Positions 52,120 to 64,000 of a stretch of DNA of 64,000 bases are shown one piece after another. A program made the translations under genes and the position numbers. Under the pieces are notes generated by a model that had not been told where the DNA came from, did no database searches, and saw only the letters and a list, made by a program, of their open reading frames with translations. This DNA comes from Chrysomallon squamiferum (taxonomy: Eukaryota; Animalia; Mollusca). Location: NCBI GenBank assembly GCA_012295275.1, contig CM022675.1, positions 15,314,001-15,378,000 on the forward strand, written 5' to 3'. Numbering within the stretch: the first letter of the stretch is position 1; the number at the start of each line of letters is the position of its first letter.

Positions 52120-53835
52120 GAAAATACATACATACATACATACAGATACATGCAAACATATGTACAAACAAACGTACATACATATATACCAAAATTGACC
52201 TAGGTTATCTGTCCGTACATGTGTCCCGTAAACTGTAACACATTGGCGTCCAAATACAACCAGCCAAGTATCCAACAAATAAATAACTGATCAAATAAAA
52301 AATCAAACAAATGACAAATAAATAAATAAATCAGAGAAAAAAGAAAGTAAGTAACTAAATAATTAAACAATAATTATTAAAACAGTACAATTCAAAAACA
52401 TGAGGAAAATGTTAAAAATGTTAAATAAATAAAATTAGGCAAGAAAGTCTAACATGTGTTGTTGCTGTGTGTTATTATTTTTTTTACTGCAACTGATTAT
52501 CTAGCATCACGGAATAAAAAACCCGATCATTTACTAAAGATCATCTCATTAACAATATTCTGATTTCTTTTTTTTTAATTCATTTTTTTCTTTCATTTAT
52601 CTAATAATCTAGAACACATAGTACTGTCCATTATTATACAATAGAAATATCTGGCTAAACAACACTAAGATGACTAAAAATCTTATTAGATTTTATTAGA
52701 TAACTAATCTTCCAGGTCATTTATTATTTGTAAATTGTTACAACAAAATCAATAAAACATAGATCGCTAATATTCGAGTCTGTTAATCATGTTCCTTTAT
52801 TGATGGCATTACAATTCATTTTTAATATGACAAGGTGAAAATTCTTTGAAAAATACTGATTAGAAAGTTAACATTTTTAAATTATAATATCGCTGATTTT
52901 GTATACTAAAAACTGACATTAAACAAAATATTATTATCAAAGTAAAGTTAATTATAACATTAATCAACTACATTTTCGAGCTTTAAAAATATCATTGACT
53001 TAGAAAACTGATTTAAGAATATATATTCCTACCGTAAATTACTGAGACATTTCAGATAGAGATAACTAAAGAAACGCAAGAGATCCAAGAAGAAAAATAA
53101 ATTGGATCACAATAAGCACGCATTTCTCTTTCTCTCCATTTCTGTCTACTATCTCTCCGTCTATCTATTTGGAATTTAATATTGTACATGACTTTTACTG
53201 CGGTGTTATTTAATAACAACAATAAAAGATAAATACTTATAGGTTCAGTTAGCATATAAAATATCTAACAAAAATTAATGGGACGAAAAGTCTATTGTGA
53301 AGGCTATAGCCCTATTCTGACATCCATACATCAGTCTGTTTTGTTGGCAAAAGCAGGGGAAATTATTCACATCTATATCATTCCGTAGCAGACTCATAAA
53401 AATAAAAACATATTTTAATTTGATTGCATAGACGATGACACTAAATAAATAGAAGTATTGATTATGTGAAATTAACAGCAATGGAACTGATCTGGGTCGT
53501 AAAGGAATACTTTAAACTGAATCTGATAAAATACAAGCTGATGGGCTGTGTCACATGACCTCTGATTTTAAGGATAGGATTCTTGCCTTACCCTACGTAT
53601 TTTCAGCACAGAGATGTGTAATCCGCATGTGCCTATTAAAGTTGTTTTCGAGGAATTTCTCATTAATTATTTCTATAATAATATCTCTACGTTTGGCGCA
53701 TTTCCAATAAAAGATAAAATATAAAAAAAAAAAATAATAATAATAATAAAATAAAAATGATATAAAAAGTTTGTCTAAAAAGAAATTTTAATTGAGGAAA
53801 GCTCTTGTACTATTTTTTGTTCTTCTAATACATAC

Positions 53836-53867
<32 letters not shown>

Positions 53868-54979
53868 TTATAAAAAAAAAAAAAATATTTTATGCTTGTT
53901 GTACATACATCCATGTATATATATATGGTTGTATGTATAATAAGCATAAAATAAAATATATATATGTACACTGAATCCAAAAAGCACCAATAACTGAAAG
54001 ACAAAAATAACGTTTAAATGTAACTATACATTATGTAATATTACTCTTTTACATACTAAGATAAATTTTGTATTTTAGATTTATTTATTAGATTAACCGA
54101 ACCTGTGTGCAAATTTATTCACAGAAACATTAGCGATTTGCAGAGTGACACAAATTCAGATACCGGGATGTTTAACAAAGCTATTAAATTGTTGTTTGAT
54201 AAATGCTAAGTTTCAACAATAGCTGTTTGTTCCTTTTATCAATGACAAACAGAAATGTTGAAGACAAACTTTCAAACTTAAATACTGGACACAAGGGCGG
54301 ATACACAATGAGTTTTCAGAAAAGGTGCAATGTTTTAACATCAGAAAAATAAATAATGAAATTACATTGTAGTTAAACAATCGATTTCCAAACTGGTACC
54401 TTCTGGGATGACATCTGAATACCGGTTTCAACCATTTGTTTATTGTAGTATATTAGAATGTAGTCACAGTTTTGCTCACGAGTTGGCCTGAACTAAGTAC
54501 ATATTTTACAGTTTATTTCCAAACTTCGACAAAACTTGAAAACACTCTGGTTTTTGTTAAAAATATATATTTCTTACATTTGTCAACTCAGTTATTATAT
54601 TTATATTTAGTAATATATCTATTTTGAACGTATTCCTTTCTAAATGTGAAATTATTGACACCAGTTGTTACAAGCAAACATATCTTTCCACGATAATCGC
54701 CATAACAACTGTGACCTGGATTTGAATTCCCCATTACTCGGTCAAAAGATTTATTATACTTATTTTGAATAACAAAAGGTATGAAACACAATACACCGTA
54801 ACACGTTTCCTAATACATTTAGTTTACATTCCAATTTCATACTGTGTGTTCTTAACATAAAGCGAGTTAACTGGTACTCAAAAGAAGGTTATAGACAAAA
54901 TATGGCATGTTAGGGGAAATATACAGTTTTGTTAGTAACAAGTATGCAACACCCATGATGTCGTAATATCGAACTACAC

Positions 54980-55179
<200 letters not shown>

Positions 55180-56663
55180 AAATATATATATATATTTAGT
55201 GTCAGTGGATAAATTAGATTATTTCTATATATATATATATATATTTATATTTAGTTTGTCCTATACGGATATCATGATATTTAATAATACTGAGGTCTGT
55301 GTGCGTGCGTTTCTGCAAGCGAGCGTTCCAAAAAATAAAAATAAAAAATAAAAAATCGTAAAAAAAAATAAAACAAAAATAAAAAAAACGCACGGAAAAA
55401 CGAGGCTGACTTATATTATACATTAGCAGAAATATAATATTTAAAATTAATCTTCTAGGCTACTACAAGGAAGGTACAATAATTGTAATAATTATAATCA
55501 AATGAGAGAAACGTGACCCAGTCATGTTTTAAATATTGCTTGTAAATAGCAGGAACTCTCAAGTTAACCTCATCATTAACAGCGATAAAACAGGATAAAT
55601 GACTTTCCCCAATAGTCAGAACTTTTAACTCTATAAAATAAAACCAAAATATGATATTTTTGTTTTGGTGCTTCTAAAAGAAAAGAAAAAAAAGTCTAAA
55701 ATGCCAGTCCATGTTTAAGATCTCTTACATATAACTTTAATGCGAAACAATACTTGATACAAAATATGGTGAATATTCAGAAACATATAGATTTATTTAT
55801 TTCGAGGAAATAAGTAAGAAATTTTAAGTCAATACTTTTTGACATCCCTGCCTAATTTTATCAGTATTGCATTGGAACGTATTGGTGCAACAATATGATA
55901 TAATCGAACGCTCCTTTACAACAGATATTGAAAACAGAAACGTTGTTACCAGCTTATGTAACGTTTAATACGTAGCAGTACAAAATATACACAATTTATT
56001 CATACAAATGTATGCCGTCTTTCTGACATACTAAATCGCCGATCTTGTGATATCCACCTGTAGGTAATTCTTATTTCCCATGCATATTATTTTGAATAAA
56101 AAGCATATAAATATTTAGTATAAAAGTTATAAATATATGGAATCATTTATTTCAGCATATACACGTTCTATAAAAATAGTTTATAATAATGCATGTATTT
56201 TTGGTTCTGATATTATATGACTTAAACAAAATTTAATTTATCGATGTTAATTAATGATATTTGTTATTACAATGATATTTGCCGACATTTTAATGAAATC
56301 TAGAAATAATGTTGCGTGATCTAATCATTACCTTTTCTGTCCATTCTTCCAAAATTAAAAATTAATAAGTTGTTAGTATGGAAGAATCGAGCATTTCATG
56401 ATACGAAGAATGATACACTGTAATTTTCAAGATAAATGAATTTGTTTGTGAAATATATATCTATATATATAAATATTTAAATGGTGAAATGGATAATGTT
56501 CTATAATGAAACGATAACAGTTTAGCATATCACCATCCACATATATTCTTGTCAGTCAGAATAGAAGTAGTAGCAGTAGTAGTAGTAGTAGTAGTAGTAG
56601 TAGCGATAATAGTAATAATAATAAATAATATACAATACACACATACACATACACCTCTTTGTG

Positions 56664-56698
<35 letters not shown>

Positions 56699-56847
56699 TA
56701 TATATATTAATTTAAAAAATAAGTTTGTGCATGAATGTGTGTCAGCTGAATTAAAAATTAATATACAACAAGGTAATGTCAGCAGCAATAATTATATGAT
56801 TACTGTGATTCTGATACGTATGACATAGTTATTAATTTATTAATTTC

Positions 56848-57843
56848 TTATGCATCACATTCTTTATCATAAGCATCAGCAAGCTCGTCTGGGGGTCGTA
56901 GTTCCACCTGGAAGTTATGGAACTTCCCTTCAGACTGCAGTTTCTGCGAGTAGAGCCTGAAAGAAGCACCAAGAGACAGCGCGAGTCTCCGGGCGCTCAG
57001 GGAGGAGTCACACAGGTAGGCGTGGCACTCAGTGGTTTTCATTCTGGACGACAACTCCTTGACAACAATGAATGTAAACACTTTCCAGTACTTTATGTCT
57101 TGCACGCCATACGATATGAAATCGATTGATATCGTTGTATAATCAACGATATCTTTCACTTTATTTAGAGTATGTTCACGAATATCGATTCCTTTCGGTG
57201 TGACGACCAGATAAACAAGAGGAAGTTCAACTTTGTCTGATATCTCCAAACCTTTCTTCACACGTTCAACCATTTCATCTACTGGTTTTCTTACATGCTG
57301 AAGTCCATATACGCCTTTCGTGTCCCTTTTGCCAAGATACTTGCATACAAAAACCTGAGGTAAACGATCGATCTGAATTTTAGAGAATTCTGAAGCATAA
57401 TCCTTCTGCCGTCTCTCCTTCTTTGTTTTGTCTTTATCAAATTTTGTCAACTTTTTCAACAAACTGAAAGCGGATTTCTTTTTCTTGACATTTTTTGACT
57501 GACTAGAATTATCGCCTGCTTTTGCTCCCTCGATGCCATTTGTTTTTGTTGTTCCATTAGGATGTTTAATTTCCTCCTCTTCATGAATCTCCTCGAGCTC
57601 GTCTTTGAAACTGCCTGACATGGATGTAGCTCCTACTGAATCGTCGTCCTTGTTTGAAGTACTCGCCGAATCGTCGATGGAAGCAATGTCTCTGTCTGCT
57701 TCTAAAATAAGCGAAGTCTCGAATCGCTCCTCGACATCTTTCAGATCCTGGTCGTTGATCGAAACCTTGTCCCCGCTCACAATAATCTCTCCTAAACCCT
57801 GCGATCCAGTCGCAGAGGAACACGAAGCAGTATCATCTGACAT
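56848..57843 (-). CDS. PTB/PID-domain adaptor protein (FAM43/LDLRAP1-like fold), 331 aa, intronless CDS
   Basis: Uninterrupted GC-richer ORF. Acidic disordered N-terminus, basic cluster, then PTB motifs FVCKYLG, VYLVVTPKGI, ISIDFISYG, KVFTFIV, ECHAYLCDS, ARRLALSLGASF. Possible 5'UTR intron (donor ~58116, acceptor ~57930). Confidence 0.9.
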   Translation of the reverse strand: MSDDTASCSSATGSQGLGEIIVSGDKVSINDQDLKDVEERFETSLILEADRDIASIDDSASTSNKDDDSVGATSMSGSFKDELEEIHEEEEIKHPNGTTKTNGIEGAKAGDNSSQSKNVKKKKSAFSLLKKLTKFDKDKTKKERRQKDYASEFSKIQIDRLPQVFVCKYLGKRDTKGVYGLQHVRKPVDEMVERVKKGLEISDKVELPLVYLVVTPKGIDIREHTLNKVKDIVDYTTISIDFISYGVQDIKYWKVFTFIVVKELSSRMKTTECHAYLCDSSLSARRLALSLGASFRLYSQKLQSEGKFHNFQVELRPPDELADAYDKECDA

Positions 57844-59487
57844 TTTCTATACTTAGTCTCTTCTCACACTTAGAAACTTTACACTCTAGAAAATCATTAC
57901 TTTGTGTTTTGCGATATTCTGTTTCTTAACTGCAGGTGTAAATGTCAGTCCATAACGATATTTGTAGAGTTAAATCCAAAATAATATCAATATTTGTATT
58001 CATAACACGCTTAAGAAAAATATACGATTATAAAAACTTTTCACGACCTATAAATCACAAGGAGACGACATTGTTTCTCATATAACACTTCACAATATGA
58101 AATAAAGAAAACATACCGTTACTTTTCCATCGAATATCACCTTTGATTTACATGTTCCTTTTCAGCTAAAGGACTGTCACACCTGTACGTATGGCTCGTA
58201 TAAACACATCATCTCTTCGCGTACCAACAAAACCCTGATTAAATATGGACAAGCATACCTGAAAGGTAGCGGTAATACAGCCGAGCCCAGTCTGACTTAG
58301 GTATGGCGACAGGTATGCAGAGCCATACGAACCAGTCCTATCTATTTTTAGCTCTGCACGGCTGTTTCCTTTGAGGCCTTCGTTAGGCTGCATATTTAAA
58401 ATTTAATAAGAAATCGATCACGTTCACGTGAGTTAAATTAGATTAGATTGTTTCACATATTCTCTAGAAATAATGCATTCTAGTTGAAAGTTTCACAGAT
58501 TATTTCTAAAATGGCAGTAGAAAACATATTTATTTATTTATTTTAAATAATCATACACTTTTTATTCATCTGTTCATCAATTGTTAATTTATTTTATTAA
58601 TAACAGTAATAACTAATTTAATATATGAATTAATTTATTATTGAGTTAGTCTTTAAGATTATAAATTTACTTTAAATAATAAATAGGTGTTTTTATTGTT
58701 CATTTATTCCTGTTATAATAATATCAATAAGTTATTTGTTAGTAATTTTGTTGAAACTGTATTCATGTATGTTGTTTATCCTGTATTTATCTGCCAGTCT
58801 ACTGCTGTGAAAACTAGCATCACGTCATATGTATCAATATTTAGAGAAAACTGTCCTGCATGGAAGGAAATCAGACTCATTGATAAACGACTCGCGAACC
58901 ATTGTTTATGCACAAACACCAGAGATCTAAATCTAGATGTAAACATTATATTTATATCGATTTATTTAAAATACGTATAGCATCATTGATTTGTTGTTAA
59001 TATATTTTAGATAATAATAACATACGTCATTTATTTATTTTAAATAATTACAATATAATTATCATTTGTATTATAAATAGTTAAAAACACGTAATTTGCA
59101 TTAATTTATGTTAAATTGTTGTAGCATTAGCATTTTGTGTTAATTTAATTGGAAAAGTATTAATAATAAAGTGTAGTAACTGTCACCATACTAAAGTAAT
59201 TTATTAACAATATCATGTTAGAACAATATCATGGAAATAAAAGAATGTTCATGCTCATTATTTATTTGTTGATTTTAATTTAATTGTTAATGCAGTCAGA
59301 AAAGTCTGTTTTTAATTAGTTTTCGCGATTAAATTTGAGAATGCTGTAACTGTTTGTGTCTTAACATCAGACGTATATTTAAAAAAAAAAAAGAAAAACA
59401 AAAGAAAATGAGAAATAAAGAGAGAGAGATTAAGATGTGTAAACAAAAAAGAAATCTTGTGGCGAACGGAACAATAACCACTACAAA

Positions 59488-59720
59488 TAAAACACCCACC
59501 CACATATACCTAGTTAATGTATTTAAAAAGTTATATATTTATAATTATTTCATGTCGAATTGATGTTATATATTTTATTTTATGCGCCTTATATATATAT
59601 GAGGCCTCTTTAAGGTGCATAAAATAAAATATATAACATTAATTCGATATGAAATAATTATAAATATATAACTTTTTAAATACATTAACTAGGTATATGT
59701 GTATGTGGGTGGGTGTTTAT
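59488..59720. repeat. Long near-perfect inverted repeat (foldback), ~100-bp arms, ~19-nt loop
   Basis: Left arm ~59488-59591 is the reverse complement of right arm 59611-59720, with 3 transitions, a 6-nt indel and a 1-nt difference at the base. Confidence 0.93.
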
Positions 59721-59968
59721 ATTATATATATATATATATATATCAAAATAAAAGAAAAAAACCTTGTTATTTGCATCGATAAAAGAAATGAAAATTGAAA
59801 TATTTTCTCCGATTATTTGAATATTTAGTTAAGTTTACAGTCTTAAATTTGCTGACGGATAATGGTTCTGTGAAGCATTCACCGACGTATTTATTCATGT
59901 ATCAACAGGTATTCACAAATATACAGTCATACTGTGACAGTGATAAATATTTACACTGTCTAATATTC

Positions 59969-60049
<81 letters not shown>

Positions 60050-61989
60050 ACGAATCCTGAATATACACCTAGAAAGAGATGATTGGTAAGAATTCTTATC
60101 GGACCATACTGTTCGTGCACGAAGAAACATTCTAGTTTTTTTTCATGGATTCATTTTTTCATTCTCTTTTACGTATTTGAGCGATACATTTTGTTGCTTA
60201 CTAACTGAAGAATGTATTGTAACTGTCGATAAACGTAAGGTTTTATCTGAGATTTCACATCTTAAAGAGAGACAATGAAATCAGAAAAAAATATTTTAGT
60301 ATTATAAACTTATGAATAATTATTAGAATTATTAGTTTTCCACCCTATTTAAAGCGCTCTTGAATCAAATTTTATAAGATTAATATACTAAACCTCATTT
60401 CCAGAAAGAAAAAACCTCAAAGAAATTTTTGATTTATCACCGTCATTAGATTTTCATTTTATTACTTTTTAAACATTTACTTTTTAGCAGATTTCTAATC
60501 AGGTTGCAAATGACGAAATAATTTCAACTGCTGAGATGGTTGTCTGTATACGTTACACAAAATATCCGTGTGCTGCGTCAAGGGATACAGCAATGAGTCA
60601 GACATTACACACTGAAACTAGCTGACACATGTGGGCGTCTATGCAGACTTGGTCAATAGATAAAAATATTGTAAAATATTTAAAATTAAAAACTCTTTTA
60701 GTATTTTAAAGTATTTTGACGGCGGTTTCGTTGATAATGAATCCTCAGTGAGATAGTAGGTTAACTCTGAAAATTATTTACTTGCTTACTTACATTTTAG
60801 TTTCATTAGAAAGCTTGGAAAGCAATCAGTAACCACATTAAATATATATGTGCCAGTCGCCAAAAATTTTAGTATTGCTCAGTTATAAATAAAAGTAACT
60901 ATGATGATGTTAATTAGCTTGAGGGACATAACCTTTCCAAATATTTTATTTAACATTTCCTGAGTTATTGAATTTTATTGATATCTGTTATGTATCCAGT
61001 TTCCTAGTTGAAAATAAATATCAGATACTGTTTGTTATGAATTACCAACCTTAAGCATGCAAAAATATACAAAACATGATAGGCACAAAGTTGTTTTCTG
61101 TTAGTTTCCGTTATACAAATAAATAAAGAAAGAAAAATAGTAACAAAAAGAAAAATAAACATAAAAAATGAAAATAAAAACATTTCGCTTCTCTATTCCT
61201 GTCTACTTCGGAAATTCTTCACGTTTGCCGAACATCAATTCTACAGCACATTTTAAAATATTTTCAGAATTATCATCTGTAAAGAAAGTTAAACTGCATT
61301 AGTATAATAGCGCTATCTGTAATTATTTTAAATTAAAATAGTCATGCATTCAAGGATCAGTTTTATGTGTAAATCAAGTTTTTCATATTTATAGATATTA
61401 ATGTATTTAGTTAGTTACTCTTTGGTTTATTTATTTATTTATTTATTGTTTATTTTTATTTTTTTTAACTTTTTATAACACATGAGACAGGCATTTATGT
61501 CGTACAGTTTTATTGTCACCAGACTTACAGATATCGCTCTTTATCCAATCTGTTTTTAATTAGTTGAAGGGAGATAACTGAAGATAACTTTCGATACAGG
61601 TATTCTAAGGTTATTGTGCTCGTCACAAATTCTACAGAGAACAAGATGCTCCACACAGTTTCGTTACTGCGCGCCGTTTTCATTCCAAGGGGCGTGGTAT
61701 TATTTTTATGCTTGGCATCTTGCGAAATATTAAAATATCATTTATCTATCGATCTGTTTAAATAATCAATAAATGTTTGCTTTATTTCCAAGCGAACAGT
61801 CAAGTTCGTATAAATGGAGAATATGGGACGTGAACTGAATGAGAAAATGGACGACTTTCATAATCGTCATGACAAACTGCAAGCTGCTGAAACGTCTGTC
61901 AGTAAAGGACTAAATATTAGGTTTAATCCTTACAGTTATAAGTCGTTCATTATTTCAAAAAGAAGAGTTCAAGCGAAACTTTTTTTTGA

Positions 61990-63109
61990 CAAACCGTGAT
62001 TTGATAACAAATGCAAATGTTTATCGAAATAGTTTGTGTTTAGTAGAGATCGCACTATGACAAGCAGGCAAATATTAATGGAAACAAAACACAAATATAT
62101 AAAATACGAGCGAAGGGTAAAACAGAATTATTTCCGTATCGAAGGTAAGATGTCTAGTTATTTAAGGAAAAATAATCCAAACGAGTTTATAGTCCAGTCT
62201 CTGAGAAAAGTTCAATGTTCAAATCTGAAATCTAAGAAGTCTGTTGGTGGAGATAACGTACTTAATGAATATTTTATTATGTTTAAAAACGTTTTCTTAC
62301 CTGTGCTAGTCCGTTTAATGTCATTTTTGACAGTGATCATTTCCCATCCATTGTATAAAAAGAGTAATTCTAACGATGTAAATAATTATAGAGGAATTAC
62401 TTTTTAATTGCTGGAAAAGATTTTTACCGCAGTTTTAAATAATAGATGTCAGATAAAAATACCATTGTTACTGATGCATAGTTTGGTTTAAAACCTGGAT
62501 AAAGTACAATCTTTACACTCCAAACTATTACACAGAAGTTTTTTCAAATAAAAAGAAATTATATTGTTCTACTGAATATTACCGCAAAACATTGACAGTG
62601 TCACACGCAGATACAAACTATTATTTAAGTTAACAATATCTGCTATCACTGAGAAATTGTGTAGTATTATAAAATCATGCGTCGAGTTTCAGTGTCAGTT
62701 TTCACACGTCTTCGATTGTAATGTCTGTTTGATGCAAAGTGAAGCACTATCGCCGTTTTCTTTTCTATATATATAAATGATTTTGAAAATTAATTAAGTA
62801 AGTGTTTTTGCGAACCCATATATTTACTAGATATTTCTTTATAGGTGTTCTGAAACAGCTGTGGTTTTTCAAAAAAATGATTGCTATATTGTATATATGC
62901 AGTACTGAATGGAATCTCAATGTCAACATTGAGAAGACTAAAATTGTTGTATTTAGAAATAGTGAGAAACTGTCTTCTAAAGAAAAATGGGTATATAATA
63001 ATAAATTTATTGAAGTGGTTGCCTCTTTTAACTATCTTGGATTAACATTAAATTTTAAAGTCACAAAACACAGATAATCACATCTGAAGGTGGGAAATAT
63101 ATGTGGCAT
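61990..63109 (+). mobile_element. Degraded non-LTR retrotransposon (CR1/L2-like LINE) ORF2 remnant
   Basis: Broken RT motifs KP*FDNKC, LKSKKSVGGDNVLNEYF, PLYKKSNSNDVNNYRGIT, EWNLNVNIEKTKIVVFR, IEVVASFNYLGLTL, with many stops and frameshifts. 61700-61900 may be a 5'/ORF1 remnant. Confidence 0.88.
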
Positions 63110-64000
63110 TGTCACGGAATTCAGATCGCTTAACTTTAACTGTTACTTCAAATCACATCCGCTCTTTTATTTTTAAGCTATGGAATTGAAATTGCATAAC
63201 TTTAATTAGTACTGCAATGACACCCACGCTTTTTATTGTTTCCGCCAATTTTTCAGTCCATGGCGTTGTTATAAAAAGACTAGCAGTTTGATCTTCTGTT
63301 GCGACAGACACGCCCGCTGACCTGTCAGAAAGCGTGCCCGTCGTAGACGTGCTTCACAACAGCTTGCTCTGATTAGCACGTTAATTTTTTCAAGGTTCTA
63401 TCAGCTGTCTGTCAACATAACCTGTTAGTAAACTGATGTGACAAAATCTACTTTTCCTAACCCTATCAGGAGTGTTTATCACTCGTTTGAGCACGACGTA
63501 GGGACCGAAATATCTCTTCAGCAATGAATCCCTTTAAAGGCACAGCAGCAACTTATCCCCTGGTTTAAATTCTTAGCCTTTTTGTGAAAAACTAACTTCA
63601 TTTTGCTCTGAGCATAGCTTTTTCGGTCGGCTGCTACAATCTATATCTAACTCTCCCTACATATGTAAGCAAGCTTTCGGAATTAGCCTGGTCATTTATC
63701 AATTTGAGGGGGCCTGGGCCTGATTACCAATAGACCAAGTCAAATGGGGTGAATCCTAAGGATTCTTGTTCCACAACCCGTGCTGCGAACAAATGAAAGA
63801 AACTGACTCGTTCCAGGCAGCATCATTGTCTAAACAATGGCAGCGGAGCATATTTTTCATGCTCTGGTGGAAACGTTCTGACGCGCACTGGCGATCAGGG
63901 TGGAACGCCACTGAACGAATCTGCCGTTCATTTAACATAACCCCAGAACCTGCTGGATCAACTTACTCAGAAAGTTAGCACCCTGGTTCCTAAAAATATT
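63110..64000 (-). mobile_element. Ty3/Gypsy LTR retrotransposon remnant: putative 3' LTR (63110-63443) plus degraded integrase
   Basis: On the - strand: AFHPDRQCASERFHQSMKNMLR (integrase core, like HPQSQGALERFHQTLK), AQSKMK, FKPGDK, RYFGPYVVLKRV (GPY/F module). Then purine-rich aggaaaagtaga and a TGTCACA...CCGTGACA-bounded 334-bp segment containing AATAAA. Confidence 0.85.

Noticed and set aside
56917-57856. Overlapping ORFs within the PTB gene
   Set aside because: Short alternative-frame and antisense ORFs expected in GC-richer coding DNA.
58166-58393. 75-aa minus-strand ORF upstream of the PTB gene
   Set aside because: No recognisable motif or splice link to the PTB CDS; more likely promoter or 5'UTR sequence.

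Overview
AT-rich, intron-rich eukaryotic (animal) genomic DNA, most consistent with a marine lophotrochozoan such as a mollusc; this taxon call is inference from gene content and composition. Six protein-coding genes were reconstructed by hand from GT-AG splice sites and phase continuity. (1) WDR60/DYNC2I1 (- strand, 30 coding exons visible, 3' end runs off the left edge). (2) A 4-exon, 150-aa single-CRD TNF-receptor-like protein (-). (3) A 13-exon, 523-aa CSAD/GADL1-type PLP decarboxylase (+). (4) A 119-aa secreted precursor ending in GRWG-stop, a candidate RWamide neuropeptide (+). (5) A 312-aa Gly/Tyr-rich secreted structural protein (+). (6) An intronless 331-aa PTB/PID-domain adaptor (-). 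Mobile DNA includes a solo LTR with a 5-bp TSD, hAT MITEs, pogo/Tigger-like and MULE remnants, a degraded LINE and a Gypsy LTR element nested at its end. The most notable observations are the Fn14/BCMA/TACI-like mini-receptor, the candidate neuropeptide, an inverted copy of a WDR60 exon inside a downstream WDR60 intron, and a ~230-bp foldback. No database searches were possible, so homology calls rest on recalled family motifs.
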